Source: Candidatus Anderseniibacteriota bacterium (GTDB lineage Bacteria > Patescibacteriota > Andersenbacteria > UBA10190). Taken from it: a stretch of 64,000 bases of DNA. Location: positions 215,062 to 279,061 of the forward strand of contig JAIOOW010000002.1 of the NCBI GenBank assembly GCA_021414205.1, given 5' to 3'. Below the pieces are notes generated by a model. The model did not search any database. It saw only the letters and a program-made list of their open reading frames with translations, and was not told the origin of the DNA. The translations under genes were made by a program, and so were the position numbers. Shown piece by piece: positions 49,012-58,065 of the stretch; position 1 is the stretch's first letter; each line of letters starts with the position of its first letter.

Positions 49012-49872
49012 ATGACGTATTTCATGACGCAATGGTATATATTCCAAGACTTAACCGATCAGGAGGTTTTGGATATCCAAAAAGATCTTCGTGAAATTGG
49101 ATCTACCCACGACATGAACGGTTTAATTTTGCTCGCCAACGAAGGCTGCAATGGGACGGTGGCCGGCTCTCCAGAAGCAATTGAGACCATTCGCGCATAC
49201 CTTACTGAAGCATTCCCAAAGATTTCATTTCAAGATTGGACCAGCGACATAAAGCCATTTAAGCGATTTAAAGTAGATATCCGAAAAGAAATCGTTGCAT
49301 TAAAACATGAGGGCATTCTTCCGGCGGGAAATGCTAAGCATCTTTCTCCGAAAGAATTTCATGAAATGATGCAAAAAGGCGATGTAACTGTGCTAGATAC
49401 TAGAAATACCTACGAAACAAAAATCGGAACGTTTGAGAATGCAATTGATCCGAAATTAGAATCATTTTATCAATTCCCGAAATTCGTAGAAGAGAGCAAT
49501 ATTCCGAAAGATAAACCCGTCCTCATGTTCTGCACGAGCGGAATTCGGTGTGAAAAAGCAGGAGAGGAAATGGCGCATCAAGGATATAAAGAGGTGTATC
49601 AACTCGATGGCGGCATCACGAATTATTTAAAAGAGTATCCGAACGGCAAATGGAATGGCGAATGCTTTATGTTCGACCATCGCGTTGCTGTGGATTCGCA
49701 TTTGCAACCAAGTAAGCGCTACGCCCTCTGCCCTATCTGCGGCAACCCGGGCGACGTGCAAGCCGCATGTTCCGTATGCGGTAGTGAGTCCAAATACTGC
49801 GCAGACTGCCTCGCAGTAAATCCTGCCACCTGTTCTCGGGCATGCAGACACGAGGTGCAAAAGTCAGCCTAA
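49012..49872 (+). CDS. trhO: Rhodanese-domain protein of the YceA/TrhO family (tRNA U34 hydroxylase-like)
   Basis: EGCNGT, DTRNTYE..IGTF, FCTSGIRCEK, YQLDGGI, FDHR; Cys-rich tail. Confidence 0.85.
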   Translation: MTYFMTQWYIFQDLTDQEVLDIQKDLREIGSTHDMNGLILLANEGCNGTVAGSPEAIETIRAYLTEAFPKISFQDWTSDIKPFKRFKVDIRKEIVALKHEGILPAGNAKHLSPKEFHEMMQKGDVTVLDTRNTYETKIGTFENAIDPKLESFYQFPKFVEESNIPKDKPVLMFCTSGIRCEKAGEEMAHQGYKEVYQLDGGITNYLKEYPNGKWNGECFMFDHRVAVDSHLQPSKRYALCPICGNPGDVQAACSVCGSESKYCADCLAVNPATCSRACRHEVQKSA

Positions 49873-49880
49873 AATAGGAG

Positions 49881-49932
49881 TACAATAAAGAAACGGTGGT
49901 TCTTTGGAAAATTGGATTTTTCAATGAAAGGG
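49881..49932 (+). promoter_or_regulatory. -10 box, boxA-like element and SD
   Basis: TACAAT (49881-49886); GTTCTTTGGAAAA (49899-49911); AAAGGG before ATG 49943; no clear -35 box. Confidence 0.5.
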
Positions 49933-49942
49933 CGGGTCAATC

Positions 49943-50122
49943 ATGACTATTCAGATTCGTGATGAAGTAGCGTATGCGTTACGACTGAAAAAGACCGAAC
50001 AGGAGAAACGAAACGAAGCGCCGCGAAAACAGCCTCGTACCAATCAAGGCTCGTACCCCGCTACAGTTACGTACTCATGGATGCCAAGAGGTGCGCACTT
50101 CGCACTAGCGAATCAAGACTAA
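49943..50122 (+). CDS. Small hypothetical protein (59 aa; below the ORF track cutoff)
   Basis: Manual translation MTIQIRDEVAYALRLKKTEQEKRNEAPRKQPRTNQGSYPATVTYSWMPRGAHFALANQD*; leader elements and a downstream hairpin. Confidence 0.5.
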   Translation: MTIQIRDEVAYALRLKKTEQEKRNEAPRKQPRTNQGSYPATVTYSWMPRGAHFALANQD

Positions 50123-50160
50123 GAAGGAGATACTTTGGAATCAACGACAGCGCACAAACA

Positions 50161-50189
50161 ACCCCGGTAGCACATCTGCTCGCCGGGGT
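50161..50189. terminator. Hairpin between two convergent small genes
   Basis: ACCCCGG / CCGGGGT outer stem with additional inner pairing. Confidence 0.55.
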
Positions 50190-50207
50190 TCATTCTTGCG
50201 TATTGAC

Positions 50208-50387
50208 TTATTTCCAAGCTTTTTCGATTTCAGCCTTTACCAAAGAAGGAGACACTTTGATCGCCTTTTCAATAATGCCGTGCTTTGCACTTTCCGTCTT
50301 TGCGGCAGCAAATTTCGCTTTTAACTGAGCAAGCTTCGCTTTTCGGCGCTGACGTACTTTTCGTTCCATTGTTCGAGGTTTTGACAT
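50208..50387 (-). CDS. Small basic protein (59 aa, DUF6800-like; not in the ORF track)
   Basis: Manual translation MSKPRTMERKVRQRRKAKLAQLKAKFAAAKTESAKHGIIEKAIKVSPSLVKAEIEKAWK*; TATCAT 6 nt upstream; family resemblance from memory only. Confidence 0.7.
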   Translation of the reverse strand: MSKPRTMERKVRQRRKAKLAQLKAKFAAAKTESAKHGIIEKAIKVSPSLVKAEIEKAWK

Positions 50388-50391
50388 TTCC

Positions 50392-51291
50392 CTATGATAC
50401 GCAGGAAGCTACTATCTTGTCAATATCGCGCGCAGGAGCATTTCCGCTCACTATTGCGCCTATTCCTCGACACAACGGTGCTACAACCCCTTTTGCATCC
50501 AGCAATGCCATCATCTGCGGAAGAGACTCAGCCCCCTCGCTCACCGTTATGCATTCCCCTGATTGTACAATCTCGTGGCCCACTTGGCAGTTTCTGGAAT
50601 GAGGGGAAAATCCAGTAGCAATCAAATCCGCTATGCCTGCACCCGTCAGTGCTGTGTCGCGCTTTCCATCGAATGCAGCAATAATATTCCCCATTTCTTG
50701 AATAGCAACTCGCACAAACCAGCCTCGGAAATTACTTCCCAAAAGCATCGCATCTGCCATACCCAACCCTATAGAGTAAATATTCTTCAATACACCTGCC
50801 AAGGCGACGCCGTGAATATCTGAAGAATATTCCACCTGCAGCAATGTTCCTGCAAACAATTCAGATACCAGATCATACGAGGCCTTGCTTGCTGTGGCCA
50901 ACACCGTATACGCAGGGAGCTTTTGAGCAATCTCTGCAGCAAGCATTGGCCCATGCATCAAGGCGATATTCGCAGAATCTCCAAACACGTCTCGCAATAT
51001 TTCATCGGAAGTTTTAAGCGTATCTTTTTCAATTCCCTTTGTAGGCGAAATAATAACTGCCCCAGATGAAACATACGGCAAAATTGATTCCGCGGCCTTG
51101 CGCAGCACCCACGATGACACGCATAAAAAGACCACTTCAGCATCGCGCAGCACGCTTTCAAGCGACTGCATATCAGAAACTTTCGCAGAATCGGTATCCC
51201 ACATCGCAATTTCAACACTTTGTTTGGATGACACAATTCCCGAAATCGCCTGACCAAAATTTCCGGCCCCGATAATAGCTATCTTGTGCAT
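50392..51291 (-). CDS. gpsA: NAD(P)H-dependent glycerol-3-phosphate dehydrogenase
   Basis: IIGAGNFG, TKGIE, HGPMLA, GVLKNIY, DLIATG...SRN, EG. Confidence 0.9.
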   Translation of the reverse strand: MHKIAIIGAGNFGQAISGIVSSKQSVEIAMWDTDSAKVSDMQSLESVLRDAEVVFLCVSSWVLRKAAESILPYVSSGAVIISPTKGIEKDTLKTSDEILRDVFGDSANIALMHGPMLAAEIAQKLPAYTVLATASKASYDLVSELFAGTLLQVEYSSDIHGVALAGVLKNIYSIGLGMADAMLLGSNFRGWFVRVAIQEMGNIIAAFDGKRDTALTGAGIADLIATGFSPHSRNCQVGHEIVQSGECITVSEGAESLPQMMALLDAKGVVAPLCRGIGAIVSGNAPARDIDKIVASCVS

Positions 51292-51319
51292 ATAATGCAT
51301 ACTACTATAAACTTACGGA

Positions 51320-51733
51320 ATGCATAAAGGTTTTGTACTAGTAGCATTTTTGGGCCTCGTAGTTGCGGGATACCTGTTTATTACCTACACATCCCCCATC
51401 CCTATTACCTGCGTTGCAGGAGAAGGCTGCAAAACAGTCCAAGCAAGCCATTTCTCTTCATTCTTCGGCATTCCAACGCCAGCCTATGGCATTATCTACT
51501 ATCTTGCTCTTGGCATTTTTGGCGCACTATGGCAAAAAAATTCCTCGAAGCTGTTTAATCTCGCCCTGACAATACTTACCTCTAGCGGACTTGCGATATC
51601 TATATTTTTATCCTATCTCGAGGCGTTTGTGGTGCATGCATGGTGCTCCTGGTGCGTTACCAGCGCAATCCTTACTGTAGTTGCATTCATTATAAATTGG
51701 CGTGTAGTATCAAACCATGACACTCACATCTGA
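51320..51733 (+). CDS. Vitamin K epoxide reductase family protein (VKOR)
   Basis: C...GCKTVQAS, FGIP, WCSWC; four TM helices. Confidence 0.92.
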   Translation: MHKGFVLVAFLGLVVAGYLFITYTSPIPITCVAGEGCKTVQASHFSSFFGIPTPAYGIIYYLALGIFGALWQKNSSKLFNLALTILTSSGLAISIFLSYLEAFVVHAWCSWCVTSAILTVVAFIINWRVVSNHDTHI

Positions 51734-52367
51734 TGCAAAATTCGTAATAGGTATCTTAGTTGCCACATGCCTCGTTATCGGCGTTGGGGCATGGGTTACC
51801 CAGATTAAATCAAAACCGGCAGCAGCAAATGTTGTTCCTGCAAACTTAGTAGATCGCCTCGCTCGATCGGACTCAGCATTTCAAGGACCTGCAGACGCTA
51901 AGGTTACCGTGGTTGAATTCGGCGACTTCCAGTGCCCTGCATGCGGATCACTCTACCCGGCGTTCAAACAAGCAATGCAGGACAATAAAGATAAATCAGT
52001 TCGATTTGTATTTAGAAACTATCCGCTCCCTCAACACCAATTTGCACCACTAGCAGCAGAAGCGTCATTATACGCACTTGCTCAAAATAAATTCTGGGAA
52101 TTTCATGATATTTTATTCGAGCATCAAGATAACTTGACCCAAGCTGATTTAGAAAACTATGCAAAACAAATAGGGTTCAATGCGGATGATTTTAAAAATG
52201 CACTAGATAATCACACGTATAAAGGGATCGTTGATCGCGATAAGGCGGATGGCGTAGCACTTGGACTGGATCACACCCCTACGGTATACATCAACGACAC
52301 TGAATACACAGGCAATTATTCAGCAACCGAACTTGAATCCGCCATAGACGCCGCGCTTACAAAATAA
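51717..52367 (+). CDS. DsbA-family oxidoreductase
   Basis: EFGDFQCPAC, FRNYPL, TPTVYIN; overlaps VKOR. Confidence 0.92.
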   Translation: MTLTSDAKFVIGILVATCLVIGVGAWVTQIKSKPAAANVVPANLVDRLARSDSAFQGPADAKVTVVEFGDFQCPACGSLYPAFKQAMQDNKDKSVRFVFRNYPLPQHQFAPLAAEASLYALAQNKFWEFHDILFEHQDNLTQADLENYAKQIGFNADDFKNALDNHTYKGIVDRDKADGVALGLDHTPTVYINDTEYTGNYSATELESAIDAALTK

Positions 52368-52370
52368 GCC

Positions 52371-54494
52371 CTAGTGTATCTCAACTACGTAGGCTTTACC
52401 ATCGGTGAAGAATGTATCTCCGGTGAAATTTTTCCCGAGCGTCGGCTGAACGAATTGCACGCTTGTATACGATAGATTACTTCCCCCACTTACTAAATCG
52501 TGCAGCAATACTCCTCGCTCGTTATCCACATTCGGATCAATCGCGTGAGTAGCAAATATCCATTTTAAATGAGTATCTAAGCTCGCAACCCCCACATACA
52601 CTCTATCTCCTGAATCAGTAACATACGCGGTACGCCAGAATCGGGCATGATTACGGGATTTAATATTATCAGCAGACGTAGGCTTCTCGAAGGCAAAATC
52701 ATTCACCTCCTGATTCCAAAACGACGGCGTTATGGGGGCCGTAGGATATGGTTTTCCCGTTACGCCGGCAACGAGCAAATCTATCATTGTTCGAGCACTT
52801 AACTGCTGTGCCGGATACCATCCTGCCTTCGTAAACGCTGATACAAACGCTGATTCGCTCGGAGCAGTAACAATAAATGCAATCGGCTCCTGACGATTTC
52901 CTCGCAGCGTTTCCGTATACTGCGGAGACCCGTCAGAAAATATATCCAGAGCATTCTTAGTGGTAGTAGAAGCTGTCTCGAATACCGGCGGCGCGAGCAA
53001 GAGATCATCAATTGCGTCATGGCCAACTGCAATAAAATATACTGCAAAGGCGATAATGCACACTCCTGTGCCGGCTAACGCGAACGGATGCGACTGAACG
53101 CGAGCAGCAACTGCATGATTCGGTTTTTTATGAGACATCCACTCAGATAGGCTAATACCAATAATAAGCCATAATAGGCCCATCAAGTATCCGCCCCATA
53201 CGTCTGAGAAATAATGCACGCCCACATACAAACGAGACAATCCGATAAGAAAAATAACGGCAAGCCCGAAAAAGGTTATATATATCTTGTTTCTCCATCT
53301 GCGGGCATACCGCACTGCTATGTAGGTAAGAAATCCATACAGTGCTACCGCAAAGATCGAATGCCCGCTTGGGAATGAAAATGACTGCTCGGTATATACC
53401 GCAACCCCTACCGGACGAGGGCGATGCAACTCAAATTTGCCGATAAGCCCTACGATTTGGCTCCCGGCAACTGCAATCCATAAAGGAATAATAAAACGTT
53501 CTTTTCGCCACAAAAATAACACAGCAGATGCGCACACAAGCGTGCCTGCAGCAATTACCCAGTTCCCGAGCATGGTGACCCATAAGAAAAACGTGGTAGC
53601 TGGGCCGGAGCGGAATGCATACAATAAATTCTCAACCCGAACATCTGCTCCTGACAGCACTGTCGACGTAGCAAGACTCTGCACAATTCCAAAAAATTCA
53701 AGCAATGCACCCAAAAATGCGATAACAAGCAACGTAAACGGCATTCCCCAGAAGGAATCCGTCCTGCTTCTATCTCTCAAAAATCGAGATGTGCGCGGAT
53801 GGTGCTGAGCCCATAGCACAACATCGTGATTTGTAATAATAGCGTGGAGCACAGACAACCATATCGATTGTGCGAATCGATATATGCGCTTAGCGCGTCG
53901 AGCTGTAAATCTTGCCAAGTACCATAAACCAATAATAAATAGCCCAGCAACCAAAATGAACAACCCCGCACGCGTCGACCATTTTTCTGCAACACGCCAT
54001 GCCGCACCAAAAAAGTACCCGGTATACACGTGAGCTGCCGACCACCCGATTGCGCTTATAATATTCCAAATAAAGAATTGCCTTGTGTCCATTTTGAACA
54101 TTCCGGCAATATACGGAATAAACGACCGAATTCCGCTAATAAACCTTCCTAAAAACACGCTATAGTATCCATGCTTCTTGAAAAATTGTTCGCCTCGAGC
54201 CAAATGCTTCGTATGAAAAATACGATTCGTATCGGAAAATATTGACGTTCCGTATCGCCCCCAAAAAAAGCTCACTGCATCGCCGATAATCGCACCTACA
54301 ATACAAATGCTAGTTAACACCAGCGGATTCATCTCCCCTTTTGAGGCAATAAATCCAAGCAGCGTTACCACGATAGACCCAGGAACAAGAAAACCTACAA
54401 ATGCCACCGCTTCTAATATCGATGCCAAAAATCCTACAAGATACCCCCAGTATCCTATATGTTCGATGTATGCGAAAAGTTGATCAACCCACAT
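52371..54494 (-). CDS. DedA - PAP2 phosphatase - LssY-C fusion protein
   Basis: DedA N-terminus (GRFISGIR); PAP2 RPRP, SFPSGH, SRLYVGVHYFSDV; C-terminal RNHARFW, THAIDPNVDNER. Confidence 0.88.
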   Translation of the reverse strand: MWVDQLFAYIEHIGYWGYLVGFLASILEAVAFVGFLVPGSIVVTLLGFIASKGEMNPLVLTSICIVGAIIGDAVSFFWGRYGTSIFSDTNRIFHTKHLARGEQFFKKHGYYSVFLGRFISGIRSFIPYIAGMFKMDTRQFFIWNIISAIGWSAAHVYTGYFFGAAWRVAEKWSTRAGLFILVAGLFIIGLWYLARFTARRAKRIYRFAQSIWLSVLHAIITNHDVVLWAQHHPRTSRFLRDRSRTDSFWGMPFTLLVIAFLGALLEFFGIVQSLATSTVLSGADVRVENLLYAFRSGPATTFFLWVTMLGNWVIAAGTLVCASAVLFLWRKERFIIPLWIAVAGSQIVGLIGKFELHRPRPVGVAVYTEQSFSFPSGHSIFAVALYGFLTYIAVRYARRWRNKIYITFFGLAVIFLIGLSRLYVGVHYFSDVWGGYLMGLLWLIIGISLSEWMSHKKPNHAVAARVQSHPFALAGTGVCIIAFAVYFIAVGHDAIDDLLLAPPVFETASTTTKNALDIFSDGSPQYTETLRGNRQEPIAFIVTAPSESAFVSAFTKAGWYPAQQLSARTMIDLLVAGVTGKPYPTAPITPSFWNQEVNDFAFEKPTSADNIKSRNHARFWRTAYVTDSGDRVYVGVASLDTHLKWIFATHAIDPNVDNERGVLLHDLVSGGSNLSYTSVQFVQPTLGKNFTGDTFFTDGKAYVVEIH

Positions 54495-54508
54495 AGGGTG
54501 CAGGTTAT

Positions 54509-55084
54509 CTATTTTACTTGAATCGTCGGACTAATCACTGCGGATGCGGCCGCGCATTCCTGATCTCCGCTCGCACACGATCTGGTAAATACTAACCAAT
54601 TGTCGTTCATCGCAGCAGAAACGAGTGTGCCTGTCGAATCAGGACAAGAGAAAAAGTCTTCTTGTATTGCGGGGAAGTTTTTATACCCCAATAAATTTGG
54701 TATCAGCACTATTTGAAACGATCCAAAGGAGTACGCAGTCTCCGGCAGCTTCTTCATCGTGCTCGCCATTTCAGGAAAATACGATGCAGGGCGATACTTC
54801 GGACCGCACGCTTTATAATGGGCAAGAATATAGTCCGCATCTTTTGCAGGGCTTATCGCATGCTGAGTAATAGTTCCAGTTAAATTCCCCGTGGAAAACT
54901 GAAACGGCACAGACGCATCTTTTGAAAACAAAGCCCCCGCGTCTTGCGCAGCGTTAATCACCGGATGGTTTGCAGTATTTTTCACCGAAGCAGTCCCATT
55001 GCCAGATCGTAAAGACGCAAATAACATCCCGGCCCCGATAAGCACAAGCAGGAGAATAAATATCTTAAAGATGGGCTTTTTCAT
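54509..55084 (-). CDS. Hypothetical exported protein
   Basis: N-terminal signal/TM; four Cys. Confidence 0.7.
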   Translation of the reverse strand: MKKPIFKIFILLLVLIGAGMLFASLRSGNGTASVKNTANHPVINAAQDAGALFSKDASVPFQFSTGNLTGTITQHAISPAKDADYILAHYKACGPKYRPASYFPEMASTMKKLPETAYSFGSFQIVLIPNLLGYKNFPAIQEDFFSCPDSTGTLVSAAMNDNWLVFTRSCASGDQECAAASAVISPTIQVK

Positions 55085-55096
55085 ACCGTAAGCACC

Positions 55097-55540
55097 TTAC
55101 TGTGACTGCCCCGATTCGTCAAGGCGACGCAAGATTTCGAGTATCAAATTATTTTGTTTCTTCATATTTGAAAGCAATTCCTTAATCTCTCGCTCGGCCT
55201 GAACATTCAATTCAAAATCCGCCTCTGCTCGCGCTTCTGCGTGCCTGCTCTGCAGATTCTGACCGACCATAATGAGCGGTAGCAATATTAATTGTAATAC
55301 ATTGGATATAAACAGCCACAATATGAATCCAGGAAACGGGTCGAATCGAAATTCTTTTGGCGCATAGGTATTCCATAGTATCCAGCAAATAGTCCACAAT
55401 GCGACCAAGAAGAAAAACCCCATGCTGCCAACTTTGTCTGTCGTATGCAAAGCCAAGCGCTCTAGTGGCGATAAGTTTTCGTGATGCTCAACATTTACAT
55501 TGCGCACCCGAGAGATATATTGAAGACCATTTTCTTCCAT
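55097..55540 (-). CDS. DUF1003 family membrane protein
   Basis: VGSMGF, FDPFP.FIL, LIMVGQN. Confidence 0.85.
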   Translation of the reverse strand: MEENGLQYISRVRNVNVEHHENLSPLERLALHTTDKVGSMGFFFLVALWTICWILWNTYAPKEFRFDPFPGFILWLFISNVLQLILLPLIMVGQNLQSRHAEARAEADFELNVQAEREIKELLSNMKKQNNLILEILRRLDESGQSQ

Positions 55541-55554
55541 AGAATGTATGTGAG

Positions 55555-58062
55555 TTAGTATACACCAATTCGCCTATACAGTACTTTCTTCGCAACCTCT
55601 ACAATACAAGCATATCCGACCATAAGAGCTATAAGCCACACGATAAATTGGGTCGGCACAGGAACAAACCCAAACCATGCCGCAATCGGCGTATACGGTA
55701 TTACTGCCCCAAATAATGCGATACCAATAGATGTTACTGCCAGCAATTTACTAGGGATACTTCTGAAGAATGGCACAACACGCGTGCGGATACTGAAAAT
55801 GATAAGCGATTGAGTGACAAGGGATTCAACAAACCATCCTGTTTGGAACAACCCTGCTCCTGCGTGAAATATGGCGAGCAAAATAACGAATGTCGCAATA
55901 TCAATGAGCGAACTTATCGGCCCAAATATGATCATGAATTTTTTAATAAACACGATATCCCACTTTTTTGGAGTTCTCATATACTCTTCATCAACGCTAT
56001 CGGACGGCACTGCAAGTTCCGAAAAATCATACAACAAATTATTTAATAAAATCTGCACCGGCAGCATAGGCAAAAACGGCAGAAATAGTGACGCACCAGC
56101 CATGGAAACCATATTTCCGAAATTCGAACTGGTACCCATCATTAGATACTTCATAATATTTCCGTATGTCTTGCGGCCTTCTCGCACCCCGTCTAATAAC
56201 ACGCGCAAATCTTTTTTCAATAAAATGACATCCGCAGATTCTTTTGCAATATCCACAGCATTGTTTACAGAAATTCCAATATCAGCAGTTTTGAGCGATG
56301 GTGCGTCGTTGATACCATCCCCCATATATCCCACTACATTTCCGCGCTGCTTGAGCAACAAAATAATTCTATTTTTTTGAATCGGATTCAATCGAGCGAA
56401 TATCGTCGTCCTCTCTATGAGCGCCCCGAGCGCCCTGTCATTCATACGATCGATGCCACTCCCGTTCGAAATTCCGGAAATTGGCAACCCTAGCTCTTCG
56501 CACACATGGCGCGTCACCAAGTCGCCATCCCCCGTAAGAATTTTAACTTCTACCCCATGCTCTGCAAGTTCTTGCAACACGCGTTTTGCGGACTTTTTAG
56601 GAGGATCATAAAACGCCATCAAGCCCAGGTATGTCATCTTCATTTCGTCTTTTTCAGAATATTCTTTCTTGTGCACGACCGTACGGTGTGCAACCGCCAA
56701 CACCCGAAACCCTTGCGAGCTTAGCGCATGAAATCGATCCAATGCTTTTAATTTTTCTTTATGAGAAATATCGCACACCAACAATACTTCCTCAGGTGCG
56801 CCTTTTGAAATGATGCCGTTCTTCCCCTTATACTCAACTACCACAGATAAGCGCTTGCGGAAAAAATCGAATGGAATTTCTTGAATTTTTTTATATCCAA
56901 TATGAGAAACTTCTCCATGATGCAGTACCGCTTCCTCGAGAGGGCTCTTTAGCCCAGATTGAAATAATGCATTGATATATCCATATAGCAATACTTTCTC
57001 ACTTTCTTTTCCGGAAGCATCTTCATACCTTTCCAAGATAATTCTGTTTTCCGTAAGAGTTCCCGTTTTATCCATACAGCATACGTTCATGCTTCCAAAA
57101 TTTTGAATAGCGGGCAGATACTTCACCACCACATTCTTCTTCGACATGCGGAGCGCTCCTCGAGCCAAATTAACAGTCATAATGAGCGGCAATAATTCGG
57201 GCGTCAGGCCTACCGCAAGCGCCAATGCGAACAAGAACGAATCTAGAATACTATGCTTTAATAACGCATTCACAAAAAATACGAATATAACAAGTACGAG
57301 TGTCGTTTTCATCAGGAGATACCCGAAGGACTTAATCCCTCGCTCAAAATCCGTCTCAGGGCGTTTCTTCGCAACCTGATCGATAATTTTTCCTAACTCC
57401 GTACCTACTCCAGTTTTTACAACTACTGCCCTCCCACTCCCCGACTGCACATGCGTTCCCATAAAGAGCGTATTAACTCTCGCAGCATAATCCACTTGCG
57501 TGCCGCGAATAGCGCCAACTCGTTTTTCTTGAGGATACGATTCGCCCGTTAATACAGACTGATCGACCATAAGCTCCTGTGTTTCCAGAACACGAACATC
57601 AGCAGGAATAATATCTCCTGCTGAAAGTAAAATGACATCACCTATGACCACATCTGCAAGCGGAACTTCTTGTTTCTTATGGCTACGCAATACCGTTGCA
57701 GTAACAGAAACTTTTTTCTGCAGCAAGTCTACTGCATGCTCTGCATGACGCTCTTGAATTACGTCAATGATGACGCTTACCGAAATGATGACGGCGATAA
57801 TAATAAAATTAGAAAGCTCTCCTAATGATGCGGATATCAAACTTGCACATAGTAAAATAAGCACGAGAGGATTGAGCAGCTTTTTCAAAAATTGAACAAT
57901 CAGCAGGTCCTTCTTTTTATGCGCAAACACATTCTTCCCATATGCTCGTAATCGCTTTTGCGCTTCGTCTTCCGATAGTCCTTTTAGGGAAGATGCGAGC
58001 ATCCGCAATAATTCCTGTTCCGTTTCCTGCCAATACGCTTCAACTATTCGAATGTCTTTCAT
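55555..58062 (-). CDS. mgtA: Magnesium-translocating P-type ATPase
   Basis: LTGES, VGLTPELLP, DKTGTLT, GDGINDAP, SSNFGN, QILLNNLLYD, FQTGWFVES. Confidence 0.94.
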   Translation of the reverse strand: MKDIRIVEAYWQETEQELLRMLASSLKGLSEDEAQKRLRAYGKNVFAHKKKDLLIVQFLKKLLNPLVLILLCASLISASLGELSNFIIIAVIISVSVIIDVIQERHAEHAVDLLQKKVSVTATVLRSHKKQEVPLADVVIGDVILLSAGDIIPADVRVLETQELMVDQSVLTGESYPQEKRVGAIRGTQVDYAARVNTLFMGTHVQSGSGRAVVVKTGVGTELGKIIDQVAKKRPETDFERGIKSFGYLLMKTTLVLVIFVFFVNALLKHSILDSFLFALALAVGLTPELLPLIMTVNLARGALRMSKKNVVVKYLPAIQNFGSMNVCCMDKTGTLTENRIILERYEDASGKESEKVLLYGYINALFQSGLKSPLEEAVLHHGEVSHIGYKKIQEIPFDFFRKRLSVVVEYKGKNGIISKGAPEEVLLVCDISHKEKLKALDRFHALSSQGFRVLAVAHRTVVHKKEYSEKDEMKMTYLGLMAFYDPPKKSAKRVLQELAEHGVEVKILTGDGDLVTRHVCEELGLPISGISNGSGIDRMNDRALGALIERTTIFARLNPIQKNRIILLLKQRGNVVGYMGDGINDAPSLKTADIGISVNNAVDIAKESADVILLKKDLRVLLDGVREGRKTYGNIMKYLMMGTSSNFGNMVSMAGASLFLPFLPMLPVQILLNNLLYDFSELAVPSDSVDEEYMRTPKKWDIVFIKKFMIIFGPISSLIDIATFVILLAIFHAGAGLFQTGWFVESLVTQSLIIFSIRTRVVPFFRSIPSKLLAVTSIGIALFGAVIPYTPIAAWFGFVPVPTQFIVWLIALMVGYACIVEVAKKVLYRRIGVY

Positions 58063-58065
58063 ATA

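Noticed and set aside
50077-50328. 83-aa plus-strand ORF in the track
   Set aside because: Spans the hairpin and is antisense to the better-supported 50208-50387 gene
50208-50387. Small basic ORF as ribosomal protein bS20 or bS21
   Set aside because: Lacks the bS20 (SAxKR, HKNKAAR) and bS21 signature motifs
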